Shown here: piece by piece, positions 63,001 to 64,000 of the stretch | Layout of the letters: each line of letters opens with the position of its first letter | Numbering within the stretch: the stretch's first letter is position 1 | DNA from: Phaeosaccion multiseriatum | Lineage: Eukaryota > Protista > Ochrophyta, other classes | NCBI GenBank assembly: GCA_965112735.1 | Contig: OZ218965.1 | Span: forward strand, 1,922,001 to 1,986,000 | DNA length: 64,000 bases | Reading direction: 5' to 3' | The notes under the pieces: generated by a model | Database searches by the model: none | Told to the model about the DNA's origin: nothing | Seen by the model: the letters and a program-made list of their open reading frames with translations, nothing else | Made by a program: the position numbers and the translations under genes

Positions 63001-63909
63001 GACAGGAAAAGGTGCCTTCGCAGGAAGCCGAGGCCGTTTCCCACAAACTGGTAGTCTGTGTGGTGTAGAGAGTAGGAGAGGGTCGGTGGGAAGAGCTGAG
63101 AGAGATTGACTTCAGAGGGGTGAAAGGCTTGCTTGCAGCCAGGCAACAAGGCACTAGAGGAGCGAGAGAGACGAGAAGGAGGTGCGTAGCGCATCGGCAT
63201 TGCCACAGCCAGCAGGGCGAAATCAAGACAAGACGGCAACACAAGAGGAGGGGATAGAGCGAGAGATACCATGGCTGGCTTCGAGGTTAGGCAAGCGCAT
63301 GGGGCGGAGCAGGCAGGAGGGGACAAGCAAGCAAGGACAGGAAGTGGGCGAGCAGCCACTGCGCCAGCCACCACGGGCCATAGCCTCGGCCGAGAAGAGC
63401 GCTGCATGGGCAGCACAGGCAGCACGAGGGAGACACAGACTTGCTTGCTGGGCACGCCGCGATGGGACTTGTTATTGTCGTGTCCTGTCTGTCCCATCCT
63501 CACCTCACACGCCAGCTTAGCAATACAGGAAGCAGAGGTAGTGCCCCGAAAAACGGCGCCCTGTGGAAGAGCGGAGAGCAGGACGCGGAGGTTCAGAGGG
63601 TGTAAGAGGCTTGCTTGCAGGGAACAAGGCGCTGGAGCGCTGACCGAGAAGACAACAGACGAAGGCTTGGAGGCATATGGGGGGCAAGGAAGAGGGGAGG
63701 GAGGCAGTCGAGGAGCGCTGCAACGCCATTACTTCCTCCAACTTGTTGACCTCACAGGCATCTCCCACACCCGACAATCAACCAGCCACCCAACGAGAGC
63801 AAGCCTAGAGCATTCGCATCCGCAGTTCCTTTGGGCGTCTGCCCACACAGTGACATGTAGGAGTACTCACCCTGCAAGACGACTCTTCCGTACATTGGAC
63901 GGCACAGTC
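60010..63909 (-). CDS. 5'-partial extracellular-type protein: exon-encoded Cys repeats (CxxxxxC), Pro/Thr linker, two CBM4/9-like domains
   Basis: Exons 63909-63871, 63560-63504, 63055-62999, 62626-62570, 62330-62274, 61973-61854, 61716-61654, 61539-61502, 61239-61214, 61052-60010. All are GT..AG and phase-consistent. The last exon has two NLLxNPxF..GL..W...DWHMQ...GQVYT(L/I)T repeats. The gene continues beyond the window. Confidence 0.75.
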
Positions 63910-64000
63910 CTTCACGAGTCGACGGAGACGCGGTGGGGAGGAGGGGGTCGGAGCGAAGCAGCAGTCCATATACGCGTACGCACAAACGCGACCAAAAGAG

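Overview
Eukaryotic, intron-containing, microsatellite-rich genomic DNA. A microbial eukaryote such as a stramenopile alga is plausible, but this is inference only. Most entries in the ORF track are shadows of repeats or intron read-through; all gene models below were spliced by hand from GT-AG sites and frame continuity. (1) 1-23.3 kb is a ~12.5-kb tandem segmental duplication. Each unit carries two paralogous + strand genes, so there are four genes for secreted modular proteins: signal peptide, 11-nt micro-exon, 5/2/4/2 copies of an unrecognised 127-128-aa 8-Cys domain (each on its own phase-0/0 exon, alternating with Pro/Thr linker exons), then 3-4 small 6-Cys/3-Trp modules. (2) 24-52.3 kb on the - strand is a giant (~8,400 aa) HERC-like gene (RCC1, LamG-like, SPRY, UBA, FN3, SPRY, HECT N-lobe). 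It is inflated by low-complexity tracts, appears to lack the catalytic HECT C-lobe, and is peppered with short DNA motifs that recur in different frames and orientations. (3) 54.6-58.7 kb holds a bacterial MbfA-type VIT1/CCC1 iron-transporter domain gene with one intron, and a 1-Cys peroxiredoxin. (4) 60-64 kb on the - strand is a 5'-partial gene with hypervariable 57-nt symmetric Cys-repeat exons flanked by conserved duplicated introns, ending in two CBM4/9-like domains. The most promising novelty is one-exon-per-module diversification of extracellular proteins (two independent loci) and the frame-independent exonic DNA motifs in the HERC gene.
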